Shown: positions 15,740 to 27,513, numbered from the stretch's first letter. The stretch is DNA of 64,000 nt from Halothiobacillaceae bacterium (GCA_051297135.1 JBEVAM010000004.1:2823-66822); one strand, 5' to 3'. Program-made: numbers and translations. Notes: generated from the letters alone by a model not told the origin.

Positions 15740-16366
15740 TTGATCGGCATCCTCGGTGGTACCTTCGACCCCATCCATTATGGCCACCTGCGTCTGGCGG
15801 AGGAGGTACGCGAGGCGCTGGGACTGGCGCAGGTGCGCTTCATCCCGGCCTTCCAGCCACCGCACCGCGAGCCTCCAGTCGCCCCGGCGCATCACCGGTT
15901 GGCCATGCTGCAGCTTGCGATCCAGGCCAACGAGGCCTTCACCGTCGACACACGCGAATACGAGCGGGGGGGGCTGTCGTGGATGGTCGACACCTGTGCC
16001 TCGCTGCGCGACGAGTTCGCCGACTGCCCCCTGGTGCTCATCATGGGCATGGACGCCTTCAACGGCTTCACCCGTTGGCGCCACTGGCAGGGCATCCTTG
16101 CGCGGGTACACCTTGCGGTGGCTTCCCGCCCCGGGGCGCGAGCCGAAGGCGAGGCCGTCGCGCTGCTTGCCGAACGTGGCAGTAGCGTGGCCGAACTCGA
16201 ACGGGCCCCGGCCGGGCGCATCGTTGAGGTGCCGATATCGGCGCTGGACATCTCGGCGACCCGCCTTCGCGCGCTGGCCGCGCAGAACCACAGTACCCGC
16301 TACCTCTTACCGGAGGCCGTGCGCGAGTACCTTCTTACGCACCGCCTCTACCGTATAAACCCTTGA
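15740..16366 (+). CDS. nadD: nicotinate-nucleotide adenylyltransferase
   Basis: Nucleotidyltransferase motif GGTFDPIHYGH, with a TTG start. Confidence 0.9.
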   Translation: MIGILGGTFDPIHYGHLRLAEEVREALGLAQVRFIPAFQPPHREPPVAPAHHRLAMLQLAIQANEAFTVDTREYERGGLSWMVDTCASLRDEFADCPLVLIMGMDAFNGFTRWRHWQGILARVHLAVASRPGARAEGEAVALLAERGSSVAELERAPAGRIVEVPISALDISATRLRALAAQNHSTRYLLPEAVREYLLTHRLYRINP

Positions 16367-16382
16367 ATATCCAGAGAACTGC

Positions 16383-16721
16383 ATGGAACTCGAACGACTT
16401 CGCGATACCGTGGTGCACGCACTGGAAGACCTCAAGTCTGCCGACGTACGCGTGCTCGACGTACGCGGACGCTGCTCCTTCACCGATCTGATGATCTTCG
16501 CCTCCGGCACCTCCGACCGTCACATCAAGTCACTCGCCGCCCATGTCGAGGACAAGGTACGCGAGGCGGGTGTGCGTCCGCTGGGCATCGAGGGTGCCGA
16601 CCAGGCCCAGGCCAGCTGGGTCTTGCTCGATTTGGGCGACATCGTCGTGCACGTGATGCTGCCTGAGACGCGCGCGTTCTATCAGCTCGAAAAGCTGTGG
16701 GGCACGGAGGGTATGGCGTGA
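16383..16721 (+). CDS. rsfS: ribosome silencing factor RsfS
   Basis: 112 aa of the RsfS/IojAP family (DVLDVRGRCSFTDLMIFASGTSDRH) in the nadD-rsfS-rlmH synteny. Confidence 0.9.
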   Translation: MELERLRDTVVHALEDLKSADVRVLDVRGRCSFTDLMIFASGTSDRHIKSLAAHVEDKVREAGVRPLGIEGADQAQASWVLLDLGDIVVHVMLPETRAFYQLEKLWGTEGMA

Positions 16722-16761
16722 TGGACATGGAGGGGCGCGATCCTCCAGGAGACTTGCGAGC

Positions 16762-17232
16762 ATGCGCATCCACCTGATCGCCATCGGCGAAAAGATGCCC
16801 GTTTGGGTGCAGACGGGCTTCGATGAATACGCCCGCCGCCTGCCACGCGAGTGCACCCTGGTGTTGCGCGAGCTTCCTCTGGCCATGCGCGGCAAGACGG
16901 GGGATCCCGCACGCTGGAAGCGCGAGGAGGCCGAGGCCATCCGCGCGGCCATCCCGAAGGGGGCCCATGTCGTCGCCCTCGACGTGCTGGGCAAGGCCTG
17001 GGACACGCCCGAGCTTGCGCGCCAACTTGGTGCCTGGATGCAGGCGTGCAGCGACGTAGCCCTGCTGGTCGGCGGACCGGATGGACTGGATGCCTCCCTG
17101 CTGCACAAGGCGCATGCCCGCTGGTCGATCTCCCCTCTGACCTTGCCCCACCCACTGGTGCGCATCGTGCTTGCTGAGCAGATCTATCGGGCCTGGACCC
17201 TGCTCAACCACCACCCCTACCATCGCGCATGA
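16762..17232 (+). CDS. rlmH: 23S rRNA (pseudouridine1915-N3)-methyltransferase
   Basis: 156 aa of the SPOUT family, with the C-terminus ...LVRIVLAEQIYRAWTLLNHHPYHR. Confidence 0.9.
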   Translation: MRIHLIAIGEKMPVWVQTGFDEYARRLPRECTLVLRELPLAMRGKTGDPARWKREEAEAIRAAIPKGAHVVALDVLGKAWDTPELARQLGAWMQACSDVALLVGGPDGLDASLLHKAHARWSISPLTLPHPLVRIVLAEQIYRAWTLLNHHPYHRA

Positions 17233-17903
17233 GACGCTTGATCCTCGCATCCACCTCGCCCCGCCGTGCTGAGCTTTTGCGCCAGATCGGCGTTGCGTTC
17301 GAGCTGCGGGCCGTGGAGGTGGACGAATCACCCCGAACCGGCGAGATGGCGGCCGAGACCACCCTGCGCCTGGCGGTGGCCAAGGCGGCGGCGGGGATGC
17401 GCGCGTTGAGGCTGGAAGGTTCGGCATGCAGCGCGCCTGGCGACGCCATCGCTGATCGCCCCCTCCCGCATCAAGGGGAAGGAATGATGAATTCCGCAGC
17501 AGAAGACATGGCCGTGCTTGCCGCGGATACTTTGGTGAGCCTGGACGGCGAGCCCTTAGGCAAACCGCGTGACCGCGAGGACTTCTTCGCCATGCTGCGC
17601 CGCATCTCCGGCCGCCGGCACCAGGTTTACACCGCGGTGGCCCTGGCCTGGGAGGATCGGATCCAATCCCTCCTCTCGGTCAGCCACGTGGACGTCCGCC
17701 CCCTGCAGGATGCCGAGTTGGTCGCCTACTGGGAGACCGGAGAACCTGTCGACAAGGCCGGCGGCTATGCCATCCAAGGCTTGGCGGCCAGCTTCATCAG
17801 CCGCCTCGAAGGTAGCTTCTCTGGGGTAATGGGTCTGCCTCTGTTCGAAACCGCCAAGCTCTTGCAACAGGCGGGCATCCCTCTCTGGAATACCGCCCGA
17901 TGA
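17229..17903 (+). CDS. maf: Maf-family nucleoside triphosphate pyrophosphatase (carries an internal insertion)
   Basis: LASTSPRRAELL and DKAGGYAIQG motifs. At 224 aa it is about 30 aa longer than typical, owing to an insert at about aa 58-93. Confidence 0.85.
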   Translation: MRRLILASTSPRRAELLRQIGVAFELRAVEVDESPRTGEMAAETTLRLAVAKAAAGMRALRLEGSACSAPGDAIADRPLPHQGEGMMNSAAEDMAVLAADTLVSLDGEPLGKPRDREDFFAMLRRISGRRHQVYTAVALAWEDRIQSLLSVSHVDVRPLQDAELVAYWETGEPVDKAGGYAIQGLAASFISRLEGSFSGVMGLPLFETAKLLQQAGIPLWNTAR

Positions 17904-19372
17904 GTGAAGAGATCCTGATCAACGTCACGCCGCAGGAGACGCGCATCGCCTTCATCGAGAACGGCGTACTGCAGGAGATCGCCATCGAGCGCCAGCGCAG
18001 CCGGGGCATCGTCGGCAACATCTACAAGGGCCGGGTGAGCCGCGTGCTACCGGGCATGGAGGCGGCGTTCATCGACATCGGCCTTGAGCGTGCGGCCTTT
18101 TTGCATGTCTCCGATCTCGATCTGACCCCGGAGGAAAAACAGACCGGGGTGGAGACCACCCCACCTCAGATCCAGGAAATCCTGCGCGCTGGGCAGGAGC
18201 TGCTGGTGCAGGTGATCAAGGAACCGCTTGGCGCCAAGGGTGCACGCCTGACCTCTGAGATCACCATGCCCAGCCGCTACCTCGTCTACCTGCCGAGCGG
18301 ACGCAACATCGGTGTCTCCAGCCGGATCGAGGATGACGTGGAGCGTGCGCGACTGAAGACCGTGCTGCAGGCGGCACTGGCCGAGCATCCTGTGCCTGGC
18401 GGCTTCATCGTGCGCACCGCCGCCGAGGGCGTGGATGCGGAAAGTCTGCGCCGCGACATGCTCTTCCTGCACAAGCTGTGGAGCGACATCGCGGAGCGCG
18501 CCCGGCGCGTCTCTGCCGGTCAGCTGGTGCACGAGGACCTGCCGATCGTGCTTCGCACCCTGCGCGACCTGGTTGGCGGCGACGTGGAGAAGGTTCGCAT
18601 CGACTCGCGCGAAACCTACCACCGCGCCGTCCACTTCGCCGAGCGCATGGAGCCGGACTTGCTCCCCTTGCTCGAGCACTACACCGGCGAACGACCGATC
18701 TTCGAGCTGTACAATGTCGAGGAGGAGATCCAGCGCGCCTTGGAGCGCAAGGTGCCGCTCAAGTCCGGCGGCTACCTGATCATCGACCAGACCGAGGCGA
18801 TGACCACCATCGACGTCAACACCGGCGCTTACGTCGGCCACCGCACACTCGAGGAGACGATCTTCAAGACCAACCTCGAAGCAGCGCAGGCCATTGCCCG
18901 CCAGCTGAGGCTGCGCAACCTTGGCGGCATCATCATCATCGACTTCATCGACATGCAGGTACCGGAGCACCGCCAGCAGGTGCTGCGCGCCCTGCAGAAA
19001 GGGCTGGAGCGCGACCACGCCAAGACCAAGGTGTGCGAGGTCTCGAGCCTAGGCCTCGTCGAAATGACCCGCAAACGCACGCGCGAGAGCCTTGAGCACG
19101 TGCTCTGTCAGACGTGTCCAACTTGCGGCGGGCGCGGCAGCATCAAGACCGCCGAGACGATCTGCTATGAAATCTTCCGCGAGATCCTGCGCCTCTCGCG
19201 CCAGTACGACACCAAGCAGATGCTGGTGCTGGCCGCGCAGCCGGTGATCGACCGCCTACTGGACGAAGACTCGACCGCGCTGGCCGAACTGCAGGCTTTC
19301 ACCGGGGTGCCGGTACGCCTACAGGTCGAGGCACTCTACACCCCCGAGCAGTACGACATCGTCCTCATCTGA
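17900..19372 (+). CDS. rng: ribonuclease G
   Basis: 490 aa with an S1 domain N-terminus and an RNase E/G catalytic core. It follows maf, as in E. coli. Confidence 0.9.
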   Translation: MSEEILINVTPQETRIAFIENGVLQEIAIERQRSRGIVGNIYKGRVSRVLPGMEAAFIDIGLERAAFLHVSDLDLTPEEKQTGVETTPPQIQEILRAGQELLVQVIKEPLGAKGARLTSEITMPSRYLVYLPSGRNIGVSSRIEDDVERARLKTVLQAALAEHPVPGGFIVRTAAEGVDAESLRRDMLFLHKLWSDIAERARRVSAGQLVHEDLPIVLRTLRDLVGGDVEKVRIDSRETYHRAVHFAERMEPDLLPLLEHYTGERPIFELYNVEEEIQRALERKVPLKSGGYLIIDQTEAMTTIDVNTGAYVGHRTLEETIFKTNLEAAQAIARQLRLRNLGGIIIIDFIDMQVPEHRQQVLRALQKGLERDHAKTKVCEVSSLGLVEMTRKRTRESLEHVLCQTCPTCGGRGSIKTAETICYEIFREILRLSRQYDTKQMLVLAAQPVIDRLLDEDSTALAELQAFTGVPVRLQVEALYTPEQYDIVLI

Positions 19373-19379
19373 GCCTTCC

Positions 19380-22300
19380 ATGTCCCACGCTCTGGCCCCC
19401 TTACGTTTCCTGCAACGCATCCTGCTGCCGGGGTTAGGGCTTCTGCTCATCCTGCTCGCGGCCCTGCTCAGCGGCGCCCGCCTGCTGCTGCCCGTTTTCG
19501 AGGCGGATGTGCGTGATTGGATCGAGCGCATCGCCCAAGACCACGGCATTGAGCTCGACGCAGGTCAGCTCGAACTCGACTGGCAGGGCATGGGACCGCG
19601 CCTCTCCCTGGCCAACGCCACCCTCCATGGCCAGGACGGAACCACCCCGCTGCGCCTGCACCGACTATCGCTGAATCTGGACCTTGCGCGCAGCCTGCTC
19701 GGCGCCCGACTGCATTTCGGCACGCTGGACGTGGAGGGTGCAAGCCTCCAACTCGTGCGTGATGGCCAAGGCCATTGGCAGTTGCAGGGGCTTGCCCGTG
19801 GCGCTGCCATGAGCAGCGCCACGGAATTCGCGTGGCCAGCCTGGATGGGCATGACCCGCCGCGTGCATTTCGTAGGCAGCCATCTGGAGCTGCGCGACGA
19901 GCAAAGCGGCTTCGACCTGTCGATCAAAGACATCGAAGCCCTGTTCGAAGAGGGGCTGACCGGACAGAGCATGGCCCTGCGGATGGAGCTGCCGCGACAA
20001 CTTGGGGGGCGGCTTGAGCTACGTGCCCGTTTTGCGGGCCATCTTGCGGAACTGTCCCGGCCCACCGGCGAGGTCTGGCTGTCCTCCTCTGGCCTCGACA
20101 TGGCAGGCTGGAGCCGGCTGTTGGCATCGCTTTCCTTGGACGCGGCAGCCCTCCCTGTCGCCCTCAACGAGCTGCCCCGCTTCGAGAAGGGCGAGGTGCA
20201 CGGACAGGTTTGGCTGACGCTGCGGGATGGTGCCCTGATCGACGCGCAGGCCCGTCTGGAACTGGCCGACTGGCGCATCGACCCACTCCATGCCCTGCGC
20301 GTTGGAGAACGTGAGGTAGCGCTGCACGGCCGCCTGGATCTGAGGTTGCAGCATGTCGAAGAGGACTGGCACCTCGATCTGGCGGTCACGCCGAGCGACC
20401 CCCGTCAGCCCCCGCAGCGTTTCTCGCTCCGCCGCCACGACGATCACCTCGCCATGGCGGGAGAGAATTTCGACCTTGATCTCCTTCGCCCATGGCTGGT
20501 TGTCATCCCCATCCTGCCGGAATCCTTGCGGCATGCGTTCATCCTGCACCGCCCCGTTGGCCGGCTGAACGCGCTCAATTTGCACGTGCAGCTGACCGGG
20601 GGGGAGGACAAGGGCTTACCCGAGCTGCAAGGTTATGCGCGCTTCGAGGGCATCGGTTGGCGCGGCGAGGGCTACCTGCCGGATATCGCTGCCCTGCGCG
20701 GCGAGGCCTGGCTTGCGGGCAAGGCGGCCCTGCTGCGGCTCGACAGCCCCGGGCTGCGCGCCGATTTCCACGACAAGTTCCGCGAGCCGATGAGCTTCGA
20801 CCAGGCGGGCGGGGATCTTGCCCTGTTCTGGGTTGACACCCCGCGCCTGGTGGGCCACCGCCTGAACCTCGCCAACCGCGATCTCGCCCTGCAGGCTGAA
20901 CTGCAGCTCGACCTGCCGGAGGGCGGCCCTCCTCTGGTGGCGCTCGACGGTCGTTTCCAGCGGGCCCGCGCCGAACGCGTGCCAGCCTATCTGCCCGTCC
21001 ACGAGATCGGCGAGGAGGCCAGGGCCTGGCTGGACCGCGCCCTGCCGGGCAGCGGCGGCATCATGCCCGAGGGCACCCTGACCCTGCATGGCGACCTTTC
21101 CCGCTTTCCTTACTACGACGATGGCCATGGTCGGTTCGAGGTACGCTTTGGCTTTTATGGCCTGGACCTCGATTTTGCCCCCGGCTGGCGCCGAGCCGAA
21201 GGGTTGCATGGCGAACTGGCCTTTATCAACAATGGCCTTCATGGTCGTATTGACGGCGGCAGTATCCATGGCGTCCCTCTGCGCTCCGGCACGCTTGAGA
21301 TGCCAAACTTCGACCACCCCAGGCTCAACCTGCAGTTGGCGCTGGAGGGCAAGGTCGAATCCATGCTTGAAATCCTAAAAAGCAGCCCTCTGATCACTGA
21401 TCGCTCGGAGCTCGACCCGATCCGACTCAGCGGCCCCGCCGCCCTGCACGTGCGGGCGGAGGTCCGCCTGGATGGCGCGGACCCGAAACCAAGCGTCGCC
21501 GAAGGCTGGCTCGACCTGGAGGGTGCCCGCCTAGCGGCGCATGGGCAGCATATCGAGCATATCCGGGGGCGATTGCATTTCGTGGATGACGCCCTGGATG
21601 CCAACGGCATCCGCGCCCGATACAAGGGGGCCGAGGCCCGCCTGAGCATCCGCACCGAACGGCAGGGCTCGAAACTCGCCTACCGGATCGGCATGGAGAC
21701 CCGGACCCGCCCGCAGGACTGGCTGGAAACCGGCTCGCCTTGGCTCCGACGCCTGCGGGGCGAGTTCCCGCTTTCGGCCGAACTGCTGATTCCGCCCGCC
21801 ACGGACGGCGGACGCCTCATCCATCTGGAGCTGAAGAGCTCACTGGAGGGACTTGCCATCGATCTGCCCGCGCCCTATGGCAAGACCGCCAAGGAGATGC
21901 GCACGACCTGGGCCGAACTGACCTGGAAGGCCGCCATCCTCAGCCAACTGAGACTGACCCAGCCGGATGCCCTGGACGCGCGCCTGAGGATGGAAGGCGA
22001 ACGCCTGCTCGGCGCGCACGTCCGGCTGGGCAAAGGCATGGCCCCATTGCCCGGCGACGAACCCCTCATCCGGGTCGAAGGGCATTTGGGGGTATTCGAT
22101 CTGGCGGCCTGGCAGGCGGTGCTCGATCCTCTTGAGGGCGCAAGTCAGCACCCTCTACCCCCCAGGGTCGAGGTGCGTGCACGCATCGATCGCCTGCTTG
22201 CGCTGGGCGGCGAATGGGAGGAGATGGACGTCAACGGTGTGCGCGACCCGACCGGCTGGCGCCTGCGGTTGGAGTCTCCGCGCCTGGCTGGCCTGACCCG

Positions 22301-23228
22301 CATTCCTGCGCGCCCCACCCCAGCCGAGCCGCTGAGCCTCGACCTCATCCGCCTCATCCTCAGGGACACGGACAGGTCTGCCGACGCAGCCGATCCCCCG
22401 CCCGATCCGGCCACCCTCCCCCCCTTGCGCATCAGCATCGCCGAATTGCGCCAAGGCGAGCTGCGTCTGAAGGATGTCCGGCTGCGCACCCTGCCGCAGC
22501 CGCGCGGCCTGTTGCTGCAGGAACTGCATGCCGATACCGGCCATCTCACCATCCGTGGCGAAGGCAGCTGGATGCTCGACGACAAGAACCGTCACCAGAC
22601 CAGCCTGACCCTCAACCTCGCCAGCGAGGATGTGGGCTCGGCCCTGGACGAACTGGGCTTCCGGAATACCTTACGCCGGGGGCGGCTGGAGGATACTCAG
22701 CTTAGGCTGCGCTGGGCGGATGCCCCGGACCGCTTCCACTGGGCCATCCTCGAGGGTGGGGCACGCCTCAACGTGCGGGATGGTGCCTTGGAGAACGTCG
22801 AGCCCGGTGCCGGCCGGGTGCTTGGCCTGTTGAGTATCGCGGATCTGCCGCGTCGGCTTCTGCTCGACTTCGGCGACGTCTTTGGCGAGGGCTTGCGATT
22901 TGACCGCATCGCATCCACCCTCAGCTTCCGCGAGGGGCGGGCCATCACCGAACTGACGCAGCTTTCCAGCCCATCGGCGCAGATTTTTCTGAGGGGCTAC
23001 AGCGACATGCTCAACCGCACGTTACACTACGATATGGTGGTAGTGCCGGCGCTCGGCAATGTCCTGCCGATCATCGGCACAGTCGCCGGAGGACCGCTGG
23101 TTGGAGGTGCCGTCCTCCTCGTGCAAAAGGTCTTCGACCAGCTTGGTGGCGAGCGCAGCGGCTTCAACTACCGCATCAGGGGGAACTGGGACGCACCACA
23201 AGTGGAACGGGTGGAGGCCGGGGCATGA
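19380..23228 (+). CDS. yhdP: YhdP-family (AsmA-like) large envelope protein
   Basis: 1282 aa with a single N-terminal TM (LLPGLGLLLILLAALL). Size and position directly after rng match yhdP. Confidence 0.8.
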   Translation: MSHALAPLRFLQRILLPGLGLLLILLAALLSGARLLLPVFEADVRDWIERIAQDHGIELDAGQLELDWQGMGPRLSLANATLHGQDGTTPLRLHRLSLNLDLARSLLGARLHFGTLDVEGASLQLVRDGQGHWQLQGLARGAAMSSATEFAWPAWMGMTRRVHFVGSHLELRDEQSGFDLSIKDIEALFEEGLTGQSMALRMELPRQLGGRLELRARFAGHLAELSRPTGEVWLSSSGLDMAGWSRLLASLSLDAAALPVALNELPRFEKGEVHGQVWLTLRDGALIDAQARLELADWRIDPLHALRVGEREVALHGRLDLRLQHVEEDWHLDLAVTPSDPRQPPQRFSLRRHDDHLAMAGENFDLDLLRPWLVVIPILPESLRHAFILHRPVGRLNALNLHVQLTGGEDKGLPELQGYARFEGIGWRGEGYLPDIAALRGEAWLAGKAALLRLDSPGLRADFHDKFREPMSFDQAGGDLALFWVDTPRLVGHRLNLANRDLALQAELQLDLPEGGPPLVALDGRFQRARAERVPAYLPVHEIGEEARAWLDRALPGSGGIMPEGTLTLHGDLSRFPYYDDGHGRFEVRFGFYGLDLDFAPGWRRAEGLHGELAFINNGLHGRIDGGSIHGVPLRSGTLEMPNFDHPRLNLQLALEGKVESMLEILKSSPLITDRSELDPIRLSGPAALHVRAEVRLDGADPKPSVAEGWLDLEGARLAAHGQHIEHIRGRLHFVDDALDANGIRARYKGAEARLSIRTERQGSKLAYRIGMETRTRPQDWLETGSPWLRRLRGEFPLSAELLIPPATDGGRLIHLELKSSLEGLAIDLPAPYGKTAKEMRTTWAELTWKAAILSQLRLTQPDALDARLRMEGERLLGAHVRLGKGMAPLPGDEPLIRVEGHLGVFDLAAWQAVLDPLEGASQHPLPPRVEVRARIDRLLALGGEWEEMDVNGVRDPTGWRLRLESPRLAGLTRIPARPTPAEPLSLDLIRLILRDTDRSADAADPPPDPATLPPLRISIAELRQGELRLKDVRLRTLPQPRGLLLQELHADTGHLTIRGEGSWMLDDKNRHQTSLTLNLASEDVGSALDELGFRNTLRRGRLEDTQLRLRWADAPDRFHWAILEGGARLNVRDGALENVEPGAGRVLGLLSIADLPRRLLLDFGDVFGEGLRFDRIASTLSFREGRAITELTQLSSPSAQIFLRGYSDMLNRTLHYDMVVVPALGNVLPIIGTVAGGPLVGGAVLLVQKVFDQLGGERSGFNYRIRGNWDAPQVERVEAGA

Positions 23229-24031
23229 CGATCCAGGTTGCGGTGATCCAGATGGTCAGCGGCGCGGATGTCGAGGCCAACCTCGAACAGGCCGCGGGTC
23301 TGCTCGCCAGGGCCGCGGACGCCGGGGCAAAGCTGGCGGTGTTGCCAGAAAACGTCGCCTGCATGACCTCCGACATGGAACGGTTGCACGCCCTTGCCGA
23401 ACGCGAAGGCAAAGGTCCGATCCAGGCGGCCTTGGCAAGGATGGCGCACGACCATGGCCTGTGGCTGGTGGCCGGAACACTGCCCTTGCGCACCGATGAG
23501 GGGCGCCTGACCAACACCACCCTGGTTTTCGATGCGCAAGGCCGCAAGGTCGCACGCTACGACAAGATCCACCTGTTCGACGTCAGCGTACCGGGAGGCG
23601 AGAGCCACCAGGAGTCCGCCCACTTCGCCCCCGGCCGCGAGGTGGTCGTGCTCGACACCCCCGTCGGCCGACTGGGGCTCGCCATCTGCTACGACCTGCG
23701 CTTCCCCGAACTGTTCCGCGCCATGGCCATGCAGGGGATGGAGCTGATCGCCCTGCCCGCCGCTTTCACCCATGTCACGGGCAGGGCGCACTGGGAGGTG
23801 CTGCTGCGCGCCCGCGCCATCGAAAACCAGTGCTTCCTGCTCGCCTCCGCCCAGGGCGGATTGCACTTTCCGGGGCGCCAGACCTTCGGCCACAGCCAAA
23901 TCATCGGGCCATGGGGCGAGGTACTGGCCTGCCATCCCGAAGGTTCAGGGCTGGCGCTCGCCACCCTTGATCGCAACGCACAACGCAAGCTGCGAGAACG
24001 CTTCCCGGTGCTGGCGCACCGCGTCTTGTAG
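23225..24031 (+). CDS. carbon-nitrogen hydrolase family protein
   Basis: Nitrilase-superfamily E-K-C contexts are present: AKLAVLPE, YDKIHLFD and LAICYDLRFPE. Confidence 0.85.
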   Translation: MTIQVAVIQMVSGADVEANLEQAAGLLARAADAGAKLAVLPENVACMTSDMERLHALAEREGKGPIQAALARMAHDHGLWLVAGTLPLRTDEGRLTNTTLVFDAQGRKVARYDKIHLFDVSVPGGESHQESAHFAPGREVVVLDTPVGRLGLAICYDLRFPELFRAMAMQGMELIALPAAFTHVTGRAHWEVLLRARAIENQCFLLASAQGGLHFPGRQTFGHSQIIGPWGEVLACHPEGSGLALATLDRNAQRKLRERFPVLAHRVL

Positions 24032-24062
24032 AATATTTGTCAGTTCTTCGAGTCCTGGCACC

Positions 24063-24458
24063 ATGCTCAGCCTCCAATCCCTGCTCATTTTGCTAGCCCT
24101 GTTCCTTGCGGGCCTTGCCCTTTGGCACAACTGGCGCTCCCGCGAGCGCGCCGAACGCTTGGCGCGCGAGACCTGCAGGCGCATGGGCGTGCAGTTGCTG
24201 GACGAGTCCGTCGGCCAGAAACACTGGCGCGTCGTGCGCGACCAGGGGCGCTGGAAACTGCGCCGCACCTACGCCTTCGAGTTCTCCCGCACCGGCGCCG
24301 ACCGCTGGCCGGGCGAGCTGATCCTGCTGGGCGGGCAGCTGGTCGGGGTCGAGTTCAACCTGGTGGATCCAGCCGTCAAACCGCCGCCCGTCCCCCGTCC
24401 CGTTTCCCCCCACACGAACCATGACAAGGTGGTTCCTCTTCGGAGAGATCGATCATGA
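24063..24458 (+). CDS. DUF3301-like small membrane protein
   Basis: The start is ATG 24063 (MLSLQSLLILLALFLAGLALW). An N-terminal TM is followed by an R-rich soluble part. The family assignment is from memory of DUF3301 architecture. Confidence 0.55.
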   Translation: MLSLQSLLILLALFLAGLALWHNWRSRERAERLARETCRRMGVQLLDESVGQKHWRVVRDQGRWKLRRTYAFEFSRTGADRWPGELILLGGQLVGVEFNLVDPAVKPPPVPRPVSPHTNHDKVVPLRRDRS

Positions 24459-24862
24459 CACGCCTGTTCGCCCTCCTCCTGCTCACCGGTCTTCTGAGTG
24501 CCTGCGCCAGCAAACCCAGCGAACAGGAGCTGGCAAAACTGCTTGCCCAGAACCTGTGTGCGGAAGGCCCGCAGGCCTTCTGCACCGTGGAGAACCTGCA
24601 CAAGGACGATGGCTACTGGAAGGACGACCACCATTACGTCGCCGAAGTTCGCTACGAATTGGTGTTCAGCAAAAGTTTGCGCGATCTCGCCCTCGAGGCC
24701 GAACGCCAGCCCGGCATGCCCCACGACAAGCTGGCCCAGAGCCTCGGCTTGGTGAGCCTCGGCCTGCTGTACGGTGACTTCAAGGCAGGCGATCGCCTGC
24801 CGCGTGCCCAGGCCGTGACCCTGCGCAAGACCGAACGGGGCTGGCGTATCGAGAAGGAGTAA
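24455..24862 (+). CDS. hypothetical lipoprotein
   Basis: Lipobox LLSAC after [12 protein letters not shown]. An ATGA overlap with the upstream gene suggests translational coupling. Confidence 0.6.
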   Translation: MTRLFALLLLTGLLSACASKPSEQELAKLLAQNLCAEGPQAFCTVENLHKDDGYWKDDHHYVAEVRYELVFSKSLRDLALEAERQPGMPHDKLAQSLGLVSLGLLYGDFKAGDRLPRAQAVTLRKTERGWRIEKE

Positions 24863-24866
24863 TCAC

Positions 24867-25031
24867 GTAGTCATCACCTTGGGCAGCGCCTTCCTCCGCC
24901 CATCGGACACCCGCCTGATGCTGCTCGGCTCCGGCGAGCTGGGCAAGGCGGTCGCCATCGAGGTGCAGCGCCTGGGCATCGAGGTCATCGCCATCCCGGC
25001 CCTGGTGGCGATGATGCGCGAGGCTTCGTAG
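24867..25031 (+). pseudogene. purT: purT (formate-dependent GAR transformylase) 5' remnant, first ~45 codons only
   Basis: The translation [41 protein letters not shown] matches the PurT N-terminus (E. coli [40 protein letters not shown]). It then diverges and hits TAG at 25029. There is no ATG or GTG start, and only 212 nt remain before proB. Confidence 0.7.
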
Positions 25032-25124
25032 GCCATGCCGAAAAAATCCATCCATGGCGTGTTTCAGCTTGGCTTGTCGCGAAGTCGATGCGCGATCTTC
25101 TGTTTGCGCCAAGGCATCCCCTGT

Positions 25125-25169
25125 CCTAGGGGGAAACGCTGAAGAACTACTTCCCTAACTCCCCCTAGG
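25125..25169. repeat. 10-bp perfect inverted repeat containing CCTAGG
   Basis: CCTAGGGGGA (25125-25134) and TCCCCCTAGG (25160-25169) are separated by a 25-nt spacer. The left arm resembles the arm of the 29627 element. Confidence 0.7.
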
Positions 25170-25243
25170 GTGATGCCAAGCCTTCGCCTTCGAAGGCCAA
25201 CAGGACGCCTGGCTTTGGGGCCCATGAACGCACCGACTGCGCC

Positions 25244-27447
<2,204 letters not shown>

Positions 27448-27454
27448 TTACCAA

Positions 27455-27481
27455 CAAAAAAGCCCCGTCGAGGCGGGGCTT
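27455..27481 (-). terminator. rho-independent terminator between rpmA and obg
   Basis: The minus strand reads AGCCCCG-CCTCGA-CGGGGCT followed by TTTTTG. It lies about 34 nt after the rpmA stop and about 17 nt before the obg ATG. Confidence 0.7.
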
Positions 27482-27513
27482 GGTCGTGCGTGATGGGCGT
27501 GCCGCGCCGCAGA

